Notes: generated by a model from the letters alone, not told the origin. Shown: positions 1 through 8,868, counted from the stretch's first letter. The stretch is DNA of 32,000 bases from Nitrosospira multiformis ATCC 25196 (GCF_000196355.1 NC_007614.1:2520001-2552000); one strand, 5' to 3'. Program-made: numbers and translations.

Positions 1-842
1 CTGAGACGAAGGATGCCATCATCGAGTTCGCCACGCCCGCTGAAACGATGACCCTGGGCAGCGAAATAGAGCGGCTGCCAGAACACTTCTCCTTGCGGCC
101 ACTGCGCATCCGCCTGCCACTCCCATAACCGGGGGTTCTGCGAGGGAATCTGTCCTGGCGTGCGCCTGGCCTTTGCATCGAGGATAACACTGATATTCTC
201 ACCCGCATGCAAACCGCTGACATCACTGAAGGCCACGCCCTCCACCGCCAGATGGGCATCGATGTCAGCAAGTCCCTCAAGGTCAGCCCGCAGCTTCGCT
301 TTACCATTGATTTTCCCTTTCGTGGATGAAGGCAGGACGGCATTCTCACTGACCGGCAGCAACTGTACGAACTGCGCGACCTCCCCGTTAGCCGCGGCAA
401 GCGTACCTTCCCAACCTGCTCTTCCCGTGCGAAGCGACAGCTTCCACCCCCCGCCTGTCTTGCCTGCGCTGTTTCTGATTCTCACATCCAGGATTTTTAC
501 GTCGGGAGTTCTGCCTGGAACAGACAAACGAAATGACACGGGCAGTGGCGCGGACTCCGACAACCTCAGCGCACCGCTATCACAGTTGATCTCCTCTCTG
601 CTGGTGCGAAATCGATCACAAGAAAAATGCAGGTTATGCCAGGTCTTTCCCTGTATCGCCACCTCGGACAGCTTCATCCTCAGCGAGGACGCCGGAGGAG
701 CGCCAGCGAGGGTGATCCGGATCCCCTTGATATTGGAAAAGGGGCCGCGGATATCCTCTGCAGAAAAGGTAAGAGACGCAGCCTGCGCGGATACCACTGC
801 GGGGAAGAACGCTGTCAGTATCCTGATGAGGAATTTTGTCAT
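1..842 (-). CDS. Secreted/envelope protein, possibly AsmA/YdbH-like, C-terminus truncated by the window edge
   Basis: The minus-strand frame from ATG at 842 stays open to the window edge (checked codon by codon over about 1-498). It begins MTKFLIRILTAFFPAVVSAQA (signal peptide-like) and continues ...WKLSLRTGRAGWEGTLAAANGEVAQFVQLLPVSE...KINGKAKLRADLEGLADIDAHLAVEGVAFSDVSGLHAGE. It is missing from the ORF track because it has no stop inside the window. Confidence 0.6.
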   Translation of the reverse strand, partial: MTKFLIRILTAFFPAVVSAQAASLTFSAEDIRGPFSNIKGIRITLAGAPPASSLRMKLSEVAIQGKTWHNLHFSCDRFRTSREEINCDSGALRLSESAPLPVSFRLSVPGRTPDVKILDVRIRNSAGKTGGGWKLSLRTGRAGWEGTLAAANGEVAQFVQLLPVSENAVLPSSTKGKINGKAKLRADLEGLADIDAHLAVEGVAFSDVSGLHAGENISVILDAKARRTPGQIPSQNPRLWEWQADAQWPQGEVFWQPLYFAAQGHRFSGRGELDDGILRL

Positions 843-1090
843 TTGCAGACCAGGCACAAGCTGTGCTGGTTGGGATTGCAGGATGAATGGAGTGAAGCGT
901 AGCCCATCTAATTCCGGTGATGGGCTGCGGCTTTAGCCTGCACCCTTCTATTCCTTCTATTATAGGGAGATGACGAGGGAAGCCCGATATGTCCCCCTGC
1001 CATTGGCCATGTTGGGATTCGTGCCTAACCCCAGTCTATTGCTGCTCTCCTGCTATAGTCTCCGACCCGTCTATCCCCTGAAACCAGTAA

Positions 1091-1978
1091 TCACGCAGGG
1101 AAAACACCGGTGGAAAGGTAACGATCCCCTCGGTCGCAAACGATCGAGACGATCGTTGCATTTTCTGTTTCCGCAGAAACCTTGAGCGCCGCGGCGAGCG
1201 CGCCGCCCGACGAAATTCCGGCAAAGATCCCCTCTTCGGACGCAAGTCGCCGCGTCATTTCTTCGGCTTCCTTCTGGGAAACCAGCATGATGCGGTCTAC
1301 CCGGCTCGAGTCATAGATTTTTGGCAAATAGGCTTCAGGCCATTTGCGGATACCGGGAATCTGGGCGCCTTCTTCCGGCTGTACACCAATGATCCGGACC
1401 TCGGGTTTCTTCTCCTTGAAGTAGCGGGAGCAACCCATGATCGTTCCGGTCGTGCCCATGCTGCTCACCAGATGAGTAATTTTTCCTTCGGTATCCCGCC
1501 AGATTTCGGGAGCAGTACCTTCGTAATGGGCGCGTGGGTTATCGGGACTGGAAAACTGGTCGAGGATGATTCCCCGCCCCTCGTCGCGCATGCGCTCGGC
1601 CACGTCGCGCGCTTCTTCCATGCTGCCCTCTCTGGAAGTCAGTATGATTTCCGCTCCGTACGCCTTCATCGATTGCCGGCGCTCCACGCTGAGATGTTCG
1701 GGCATCACCAGCACCATGCGGTAACCCATGATTGCCGCCGCCATGGCGAGCGCGATGCCGGTGTTGCCGCTGGTGGCCTCTATCAACGTATCGCCTGGCT
1801 TGATTTCCCCGCGCTCCTGCGCACGCGTAATCATCGACAAAGCGGGACGGTCTTTTACCGAACCCGCCGGATTGTTGCCTTCCAGTTTCAGGAGGACAGT
1901 GTTGGTAGTATTTCCTGGCAGGCGTTTGAGCTTGACCAGAGGCGTATTGCCGACAAAATCTTCTATGGTTTTGAACAT
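1091..1978 (-). CDS. cysM: Cysteine synthase B (O-acetylserine sulfhydrylase, PLP-dependent)
   Basis: 295 aa; MFKTIEDFVGNTPLVKLKRLPG...KLEGNNPAGSVKDRPALSMI...EATSGNTGIALAMAAAIMGY...MGTTGTIMGCSRYFKE are CysM signatures. Confidence 0.96.
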   Translation of the reverse strand: MFKTIEDFVGNTPLVKLKRLPGNTTNTVLLKLEGNNPAGSVKDRPALSMITRAQERGEIKPGDTLIEATSGNTGIALAMAAAIMGYRMVLVMPEHLSVERRQSMKAYGAEIILTSREGSMEEARDVAERMRDEGRGIILDQFSSPDNPRAHYEGTAPEIWRDTEGKITHLVSSMGTTGTIMGCSRYFKEKKPEVRIIGVQPEEGAQIPGIRKWPEAYLPKIYDSSRVDRIMLVSQKEAEEMTRRLASEEGIFAGISSGGALAAALKVSAETENATIVSIVCDRGDRYLSTGVFPA

Positions 1979-2141
1979 GACCTGTCCGACTTGTGAAACG
2001 TCACAACGAATTCCCGCAGTAGCCGGAGTGGCGCGTAGTGATCGTAGGAGATGAGATGAAAGCGTAACTTAGCGATAGTAGATGGGTGCGGTCAAGCCTT
2101 TACCCATTCCGCATTCTGCGGCACCAACCGGTATGCGAGGA

Positions 2142-2444
2142 TTATTCCCTGGCAGCAGGCTTGTGCTCCTTCCTGCCCGCCGTGCCGCCGCCGACAGTGA
2201 TATCCTTGCGTAGCTTCTGAACCGTGGCAGGACCAATGCCGCTTACGTTCTGCAAATCGTCCACGGACTTGAAAGACCCCTTCTTCTTGCGATAGTCGAT
2301 GATCGCCTTGGCTTTGGCCGGGCCGATTCCCTGAAGACTTTCCAGTTCGGCCTGGCTAGCGGTATTGATATTGACAGCCGCGAATGTCGCTCCGCTAAAT
2401 ACGAACAGCGTGACAAGAAGTAGAAACAACTTTTTCATAATCAT
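2142..2444 (-). CDS. ComEA-family helix-hairpin-helix secreted protein
   Basis: 100 aa; signal peptide then AAVNINTASQAELESLQGIGPAKAKAIIDYRKKKGSFKSVDDLQNVSGIGPATVQKLR, a canonical double HhH. The start may be at the internal Met (MKKLF). Confidence 0.9.
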   Translation of the reverse strand: MIMKKLFLLLVTLFVFSGATFAAVNINTASQAELESLQGIGPAKAKAIIDYRKKKGSFKSVDDLQNVSGIGPATVQKLRKDITVGGGTAGRKEHKPAARE

Positions 2445-2597
2445 CCATTAAGGTATGAGTTAAGGCTAAAGCGGGGTCATTGATAAATGCGCCGATGAAA
2501 GAAAGAGCGATATAGCTTCGTAAATATAACGTAACTGCTCGCTAAGTGGTAAGGCAAACGTTCCCTGAGAACATGGCGAGGAAGGTCGGTACTGTCC

Positions 2598-3554
2598 TTA
2601 AAACATCTCAACAGTGTATACCCATAGCCGATTGATGCCCGAACTCGTCTCTCGAGCATAAGTTACACATTCGGGAAGGATTAAGCTGACACGACTACGC
2701 GCACGTCCTTCGAGGATCCAGAAAATCGTAAATCCCAAAACTTGCACCTTTGTTGCAAGCGGTGACAGATATATATTTGCTCCTACTTCCTTACGATCAA
2801 TATCTCGTACAATCTCTTGGATCACCGCTGCAGTTGCAAAAGGATCATTTGCCGGAGCAAATCGTCTATTTGTCCTCCAATCATTGGATAACGCCACCTC
2901 ACCGCTTTCAGCGGCGCGTATCACGCTTTGTTGATACATATCAGGACTGAGCGAGGGAAATGCAAATATTGGGAACACAACAGCGTTGTCATGCGTGCTT
3001 GCTACTTCGTTGACTAGTCTATTGTCAAATCCTACCCCGAGCAGGAGATAATCTCGGCTTGTTGACGAGTTGCTACCTGCCATTCCACGTACGGGACGGA
3101 CTGTTCCGCTTGTAGTCGTGGTGAAATGGGTATCCTCATGCTTCATGTAATATTGTGGTTCTGAATACACTGCTTGAAATTCTCGAAGACCCAAATAAGC
3201 CAACTTAACTATTAAAAATGCTAGAACGTGCCGCATAAAGCCGGTAACATCAATGCATAGAGTCTTGTTTGTAAGGTCCCCCATTGCTGAAATCAATGAA
3301 TTTACTTGCCCAACCTCATCTAAATTGAGGGGACGTACAACCTCCCCACCGGATGGCTCCTCCAGTGGCAAATACCCATACTCAGGATGAATAAGCCAAA
3401 TTTTCTTATTCGCCCGAATTTGGTCAAAAACAACTCGGACACGATCACTTGAGTTAAATGCAGAAACGAAGATGTCAAAGAATGGTATTTCGTTTACGAT
3501 CCGGGTAGCGGAAACTGAACGTCGATAAAAACAAGCATAATCCATCCTGTTCAA
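2598..3554 (-). CDS. Uncharacterised Rossmann-like protein, last gene of the candidate conflict operon
   Basis: 318 aa; motifs LCIDVTGFMRHVLAFLIVKLAYLG, FQAVYSEPQYY and NIYLSPLATKVQVLGFTIFWI. Overlaps the upstream gene by 4 bp (start 3554, upstream gene ends 3551). Confidence 0.75.
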   Translation of the reverse strand: MNRMDYACFYRRSVSATRIVNEIPFFDIFVSAFNSSDRVRVVFDQIRANKKIWLIHPEYGYLPLEEPSGGEVVRPLNLDEVGQVNSLISAMGDLTNKTLCIDVTGFMRHVLAFLIVKLAYLGLREFQAVYSEPQYYMKHEDTHFTTTTSGTVRPVRGMAGSNSSTSRDYLLLGVGFDNRLVNEVASTHDNAVVFPIFAFPSLSPDMYQQSVIRAAESGEVALSNDWRTNRRFAPANDPFATAAVIQEIVRDIDRKEVGANIYLSPLATKVQVLGFTIFWILEGRARSRVSLILPECVTYARETSSGINRLWVYTVEMF

Positions 3555-5566
3555 AACAATTCCGTTTGCCCAACTAGAGCTCGTGACTTGGAGAACGGGT
3601 TGTTCCAGCGGTACTCAAGCGCGCCTAATAGCATATCAAACTCCCTGCGACCATCTGGTTTAAAGATTGCATTTACTAATTCTCGTGACAGCGAAACATC
3701 TCCTCGACGCGCAATCGGCAGGCCCCATCTTGGGGCAAGTATAGGATTAATCTGTATCTTGCGATTGAGGGCTTGGCTATTTCTAGCAGGACGACCTTCA
3801 CTCAGTTCAAATAGAAATGATGAGTTTAATGCTGCGCGAAGGATAGTTCGAGCGGGCTCAGTAAGATATGAATCAGCAAAACTCACTACGGCCGGTGACA
3901 CTTCGGGAACATTCAGGGAATATCGTGCTGTACGAAGTAACTGAGCCAGCCTAGCTATGGACTCACGAACCACTTCCGTTTCGGTGCCGAGTATTACATC
4001 CTGCTCAAACACAAACCGGGCCGCTTCTAAAGCTGCCTCCGTTTGCCGATTGACAGATAACGGGCTACCTTTGATGAAATCTTCATTCCTGAATGCCGCA
4101 ATTGCATATGCGCGTTCTAGAATGATCAGGAGATTCCGAGGATTTCCGCAAGACATTCTCACAAAAGTGTCAAAACCAGCGTACGGAACACCGCGTGAAC
4201 GTTTGTAGTCTCTACACAGTTGTGCTACTAGATCTTGAGCGTAATGACCGTACGCTATCGTATACGAATCCTTTTTGCCGGCGACTCCGTCAAGAAACCT
4301 AACTGCTGACTCGCGGATCTCATTGGCAACGTCGCGTGCATCTGAAGGCCTAGAAGCTTTCTTACAGAAGCAAAGTATATTCAGCTTCTGGATTAATAGT
4401 GGAAATCCTTCCACCAAAGCTGTGAGTACGGCTGATACATTAAGATTGCCTCTGTCGTCGTTTTGACGCCATAAGGACAAAACGGTTTCAAAGGCTTGCA
4501 GATGAGTTTCTTGACCTTCTGTAATGAAGGACTTTAAGAAGGATTGATAGGCATTCCCCGATTCGACTTCAGCGAAGTGACGACTGGGATCAAAATCTCC
4601 CATTGAGCTACCGAGATCGTTCTCGGACAAGCCGACAGACGTTAATCTTTTGTAGACAAACTTTCTTGCAAACTCAGGATAACCTTTGAACGCTCTCAGT
4701 ATGTCGTCAAGATGTACAGTTTTGAACTCAGAACCTTCTCGATTCTCTTCACCGTCTGCCATAGTCGCATGGGTCTTCATGGCATAGAGTCTGCCACCCA
4801 CTCTAAAAGTAACACGTCCCTCCGCGTACCGAATGAAGCTATTTACGACTTGCTGCTGCTGCTTAGAGAAATTCTCTATCTCATCAAGAAGATAGATTAA
4901 TGAAAGTCCGCGGAGACGCGGATGCCAAACCTCGATACATTTCCGCAAATTTAAACATAGAGCACCAACCGAAAAGGGAATCCGTAGCTCCAGTGTTCCA
5001 ATAAATGCAGCATTGTTTACTCTTTCATCAATGTCAACTCGGATTCGTTGCACCCATGACTGAAACTTATCAACCGTTTGTAATGCCAGAACCTCTGGAT
5101 CTGAAACCACACGGCAAATTTCCTGCATAAAAGCTTTGTCGTCGAAAGATTCGTTTTTTGCAGATTGCCTAACATCAAGTATTGCATCTAAAACACTTTC
5201 GACTATTCGTAACTCTAAGTATGTAGCGAAAGCTTGCCGCCACTTTGCTGGCGTATCGCTGATCAACTCGAAGCGGGAGGCGTCAAGGCCGTTTGCACGA
5301 AGAAAAATGGCAAGAAACTTTTCCCTATTCAAAATCTCGATTCCATTTTGCTGTGGATTGCGGAGTCGAGTTGCTTTATAGGAGTAATAACGCAATATAT
5401 GTGTCTTACCAGAACCCTTGCCCCCTAGAATCAGTTTTGATAGTTGAGATTTAGGCTCGATGATTTGATTCATCGCCGCAGAACCTATTTCAACCCAGAG
5501 CGTATTGATCTGATCGTCTGTGTAGTCGGACGCCTTTAGCAATGCAAATGGATTTCCCTGTTTCAT
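3551..5566 (-). CDS. P-loop NTPase (AAA+/STAND-like, ORC/CDC6-like by impression)
   Basis: 671 aa; Walker A LILGGKGSGKTHILRYYS, Walker B LSLIYLLDEIENFSKQQQQVVNSF, later MSCGNPRNLLIILERAYAIA, which resembles a sensor-2/helical region. Confidence 0.8.
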   Translation of the reverse strand: MKQGNPFALLKASDYTDDQINTLWVEIGSAAMNQIIEPKSQLSKLILGGKGSGKTHILRYYSYKATRLRNPQQNGIEILNREKFLAIFLRANGLDASRFELISDTPAKWRQAFATYLELRIVESVLDAILDVRQSAKNESFDDKAFMQEICRVVSDPEVLALQTVDKFQSWVQRIRVDIDERVNNAAFIGTLELRIPFSVGALCLNLRKCIEVWHPRLRGLSLIYLLDEIENFSKQQQQVVNSFIRYAEGRVTFRVGGRLYAMKTHATMADGEENREGSEFKTVHLDDILRAFKGYPEFARKFVYKRLTSVGLSENDLGSSMGDFDPSRHFAEVESGNAYQSFLKSFITEGQETHLQAFETVLSLWRQNDDRGNLNVSAVLTALVEGFPLLIQKLNILCFCKKASRPSDARDVANEIRESAVRFLDGVAGKKDSYTIAYGHYAQDLVAQLCRDYKRSRGVPYAGFDTFVRMSCGNPRNLLIILERAYAIAAFRNEDFIKGSPLSVNRQTEAALEAARFVFEQDVILGTETEVVRESIARLAQLLRTARYSLNVPEVSPAVVSFADSYLTEPARTILRAALNSSFLFELSEGRPARNSQALNRKIQINPILAPRWGLPIARRGDVSLSRELVNAIFKPDGRREFDMLLGALEYRWNNPFSKSRALVGQTELF

Positions 5567-5578
5567 CCTCGCCCTAAA

Positions 5579-6535
5579 TTAGTCATAGAACTTCTCATAC
5601 CGGACAAATACCGGATGCCAAGGAATGTTCTCGCCGTTATACCAAAAAATAGGCGGCGCATTGTCAGGAGTATTATGGCTGAATGCCAACAGCAATTGCC
5701 CATGCCTGTAGCCTGTAGGCCATTTGCGGTTCAGTTCCTTTCCATACCCTACCGCGATTTTTTTTAGTTGTTCTAACTTAAACCATGCTGGAGCGCTTCG
5801 GAAATAACGTGAATCTGAGGAAAAAGCCTTATATGAGTTATCTAGTTCGAATAGACAACTCACATGTGAGCCGAATAAAGCAGGCGAAGCCAATTTGGTC
5901 AATCCCGTTGTTGTTCCAAACAGGGAAATGAATCGCATTTCTACATTAGGACTTCCCTTTCGAATTAGGTTGAGATAAGGTTCCAAATACTCGGCCACCT
6001 GCGTACCGGAGCCAACGAGATCATCAAAAAAAACAAATCTCGTGACAGTAGGATCCTTTTGCCGATAACCCTGCTGATTGTTATCTCTGCATGGCTCAAA
6101 GGCGCTAGTGAAATCTGCGAAGAGATCTTTCTGTAGATTATTCACCTGCCGGAAGTAATACAATAAATGTGCTCCACTCTCGGCTGGGTTACCTATGCCA
6201 ACAAAACGAGTGGCCCGGAGCTCGGAGTGATACTGCTGGCGTACAAGCAAAAAATCCTTTGTTCCATTGAGATTACGGCGTATCCGCTGCAACATTGGCG
6301 ATTCAAAGTGATCTCGATAAATTGAGCGGAGCATTTCGCGAATTAGCCTCTTGTTAAAATACATGTACCTGCTCAATAAAAAAAGTACATACCGCTTCTC
6401 TTCGTCTCCGCTCTCGAAAGAGCCTTTAAAGTTACTGAGCCACATCTCAATATCAGCCCAATGAACTTCTCTTTCCCAGGCTTCCTGAACAAGGACTCGA
6501 ATTTTGTCCTCTAGCAGTGACATCTCGTCAAGCAC
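5579..6535 (-). CDS. Phosphoribosyltransferase-like protein (conflict-associated PRTase type)
   Basis: 318 aa, GTG start; PRPP-binding-loop-like VTRFVFFDDLVGSGTQVAEYL and C-terminal LLLAFSHNTPDNAPPIFWYNGENIPWHPVFVRYEK. Confidence 0.75.
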   Translation of the reverse strand: MLDEMSLLEDKIRVLVQEAWEREVHWADIEMWLSNFKGSFESGDEEKRYVLFLLSRYMYFNKRLIREMLRSIYRDHFESPMLQRIRRNLNGTKDFLLVRQQYHSELRATRFVGIGNPAESGAHLLYYFRQVNNLQKDLFADFTSAFEPCRDNNQQGYRQKDPTVTRFVFFDDLVGSGTQVAEYLEPYLNLIRKGSPNVEMRFISLFGTTTGLTKLASPALFGSHVSCLFELDNSYKAFSSDSRYFRSAPAWFKLEQLKKIAVGYGKELNRKWPTGYRHGQLLLAFSHNTPDNAPPIFWYNGENIPWHPVFVRYEKFYD

Positions 6536-6537
6536 GT

Positions 6538-7941
6538 TTAGCTCCCTCTATACAAACTCTTCGTGAAAACGAGAACACTTTCCCGTGAAATAATAGAAGC
6601 AGTCTTGTTTCTCTTTGTCATCAAGCCACGGGATTTTATGTGATCAATCAAATGCAGGGTTATCTCAAATCGAAGATCAGTTAACACTTCCTTCAAGTAT
6701 TCATCATTCCTCAAGGTTTCACCACAGACCTGATTATTTCCTACTACTACAATGATTGTTCCTCCGTCTTTGGTTACGCGCGCGACTTCCACCATTGCTT
6801 GCCGCAACTCTATCAAGTACGTCCTGGTTATTCGTTCCCTTGTTCTATTTTTTTGCCCAACCCGATCTAAAAGATTCTCGAAAGAACTTGAAAGACTTCC
6901 ATTCGATATTTGCCAAGATGCCGGCACATGCTCTCTCCCAATAGAGATACGTTCGAGATGTTTTAGTGTGTCTGGAGATGCATAGCCCAACCAGTTCAAT
7001 GAAAGACTGCTGGCACGAACATATTTTTGCGCACTTCCATAAGGCGGCGACGTAATCACCAAATCCACGCAATTGTCTTGAAGCTTTGTGCCTGAGACAG
7101 ACTCTCTGAGATCACGAGCATCACTACCGACGATTTTGGTTCGTGCCCGGCAACCGTTAGCAGCTCGATTAGTCTGCTGGATTCGTTGGATATTTGTGTC
7201 TACAGTTTTTTGGAACTCTGCAATCACGTTAACGTCTTGAAGCCATTCCAAGCGTTCGGAAATTATTTTAGAAGCTACGTTTCCAAGACTAGGTTTTATC
7301 CGTAGTCGCACTGGCACTGAAATGCGTGGATCAGCAAAACTGAGACGGCGTGCGGTCACTGATAAGCAAAGCTCAAAAAATTCCCGCTCGATATTTCTCG
7401 GCAATTCCCTAATTGCCCTCACAAGCTTTTCGAGGGCAATTTTAATTCTCGGCGAATACCAGAGATGATCGTTTATAACATGTATCGTTGGGGCGGTTCG
7501 AAAAGACTTTGCCCTACAACATATGCTCTTAGCAAGTTGTACCAAGACCGTCTCATTAAATGTAGTTGTCTTAACTTTAGCGATCAACAGTGCCAAGGGA
7601 TTTGCATCTGCTATTAGCGGTGTATGGCCAGCAAGAAACGCTTCAAGAGCGACTGTTCCCGATCCGCAAAATGGATCCAAAACCATCGCCTCCTTTCCAA
7701 CCAATGAACTACAACGTAAAAAAAAGTTGGCTATGTGTGGTAAAAGTTTCGCTGGGTACGGATGAAGTAGGTGAGAGTATTGGTCTCCAATCTTTACCCA
7801 ATCGACAAGCGAGCGAAAATCAACTTCAACCGGCTCGCCGGTAGTAATATATGCCGTTTTGAGCAGATTTAGCATTTCCGAAGTGTCTATCTTTTCTGGC
7901 ATCCTTTGAGAATACACTTCTTCTAATCCAGATAGATTCAC
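6538..7941 (-). CDS. DNA methyltransferase-like protein (class I SAM-dependent, SPPY type)
   Basis: 467 aa; motif I MVLDPFCGSGTVALEAFLAGHTPLIADANPLA, motif IV CVDLVITSPPYGSAQKY. The stop lies 2 bp before the next gene's GTG start. An internal Met (MPEKIDTSEM) is an alternative start. Confidence 0.88.
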   Translation of the reverse strand: MNLSGLEEVYSQRMPEKIDTSEMLNLLKTAYITTGEPVEVDFRSLVDWVKIGDQYSHLLHPYPAKLLPHIANFFLRCSSLVGKEAMVLDPFCGSGTVALEAFLAGHTPLIADANPLALLIAKVKTTTFNETVLVQLAKSICCRAKSFRTAPTIHVINDHLWYSPRIKIALEKLVRAIRELPRNIEREFFELCLSVTARRLSFADPRISVPVRLRIKPSLGNVASKIISERLEWLQDVNVIAEFQKTVDTNIQRIQQTNRAANGCRARTKIVGSDARDLRESVSGTKLQDNCVDLVITSPPYGSAQKYVRASSLSLNWLGYASPDTLKHLERISIGREHVPASWQISNGSLSSSFENLLDRVGQKNRTRERITRTYLIELRQAMVEVARVTKDGGTIIVVVGNNQVCGETLRNDEYLKEVLTDLRFEITLHLIDHIKSRGLMTKRNKTASIISRESVLVFTKSLYRGS

Positions 7942-8354
7942 AAATCTATCTGCCCATCAAATCCAACAATAAAGCCACCAAGAGAAGATCTCATTAACGA
8001 CTGGCATCAATAAGCTTCTCTTCTTAAAACTTCTTAATGGATGTACCAGAAAGCAGGGCATTGATAGTATTGGAATTGAACTTCCCGGATGGGAGACGGA
8101 TGTATTTATTAGGTCTTGAATTTTTCAGTTCTTTCACTCGTTTAGGCCGGAATAGCTTTTTCAAAGACCACGACTAGGAGAAAGATGCATTGTGTTTTCA
8201 TCAACTTTTGCCCCAGATTGTTAGATTTTCATCCATCAAAACTGGTTAAGCTATGCAAAAAGTTCAATGCTTGTGTTCCGATCCAAACTCGCTGCACAAA
8301 TAATGTTTTTAGACGTATAAATACCTTTCTAAACCAAGACAGCAAGTAAAAATT

Positions 8355-8387
8355 AAAACGGCGTAGGACTTGGGCCTACGCCGTTTT
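8355..8387 (-). terminator. Rho-independent terminator downstream of ssb, symmetric and possibly bidirectional
   Basis: Perfect 13-bp inverted repeat AAAACGGCGTAGG (8355-8367), loop ACTTGGG, CCTACGCCGTTTT (8375-8387). On the minus strand it follows the ssb stop and ends in TTTTAATTTTT. Confidence 0.9.
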
Positions 8388-8409
8388 ATGATCGATTTAA
8401 TTAAGCTGT

Positions 8410-8868
8410 TCAGAACGGAATATCATCATCCATATCATCAAACCCGGTGCTGCTTCTGGCAGGCGCCCTGCCGCCGGATGAACTCGGCGCGAATCCGCCC
8501 TCTTCCCTCTCCGGAGCTTCATAGCTGGCTCCGCCGGGTTTGCTGCCAAGCATTTTCATATCGGTGGCGATGACATCGGTGGTATAGCGTTCGACACCCG
8601 ACTTGTCGGTCCATTTGCGCGTTTCGAGTCGTCCTTCGACATAGACGGAGCGTCCTTTCTTGAGGTATTCGCCTGCGATCTCAGCCAGCTTGCGGTAGAA
8701 GGTGACGCGATGCCACTCGGTTTTTTCCTGCTTTTCGCCGTTCTTGTCTTTCCAGGTCTCGGTGGTTGCCACGGTGATGTTCGTCACCGCGTCACCGTTC
8801 GGCATATAGCGCGTCTCGGGATCCTTGCCGAGGTTGCCGATGAGTATGACTTTGTTGACTGATGCCAT
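8410..8868 (-). CDS. ssb: Single-stranded DNA-binding protein
   Basis: 152 aa; [69 protein letters not shown], acidic C-terminal tip DDMDDDIPF. Confidence 0.98.
   Translation of the reverse strand: MASVNKVILIGNLGKDPETRYMPNGDAVTNITVATTETWKDKNGEKQEKTEWHRVTFYRKLAEIAGEYLKKGRSVYVEGRLETRKWTDKSGVERYTTDVIATDMKMLGSKPGGASYEAPEREEGGFAPSSSGGRAPARSSTGFDDMDDDIPF

Noticed and set aside
160-936. 258-aa plus-strand ORF
   Set aside because: Low-complexity Ser/Pro/Arg-rich translation typical of an antisense shadow frame. The minus strand encodes a signal-peptide protein open from 842 to the window edge.
2598-7941. Conventional restriction-modification system
   Set aside because: A methyltransferase is present, but none of the adjacent proteins shows recognisable nuclease motifs. 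A hidden nuclease fold cannot be excluded without structure searches.
2445-8400. Prophage or transposon boundaries around the accessory operon
   Set aside because: No integrase, transposase, tRNA gene or convincing flanking direct repeats seen by eye.
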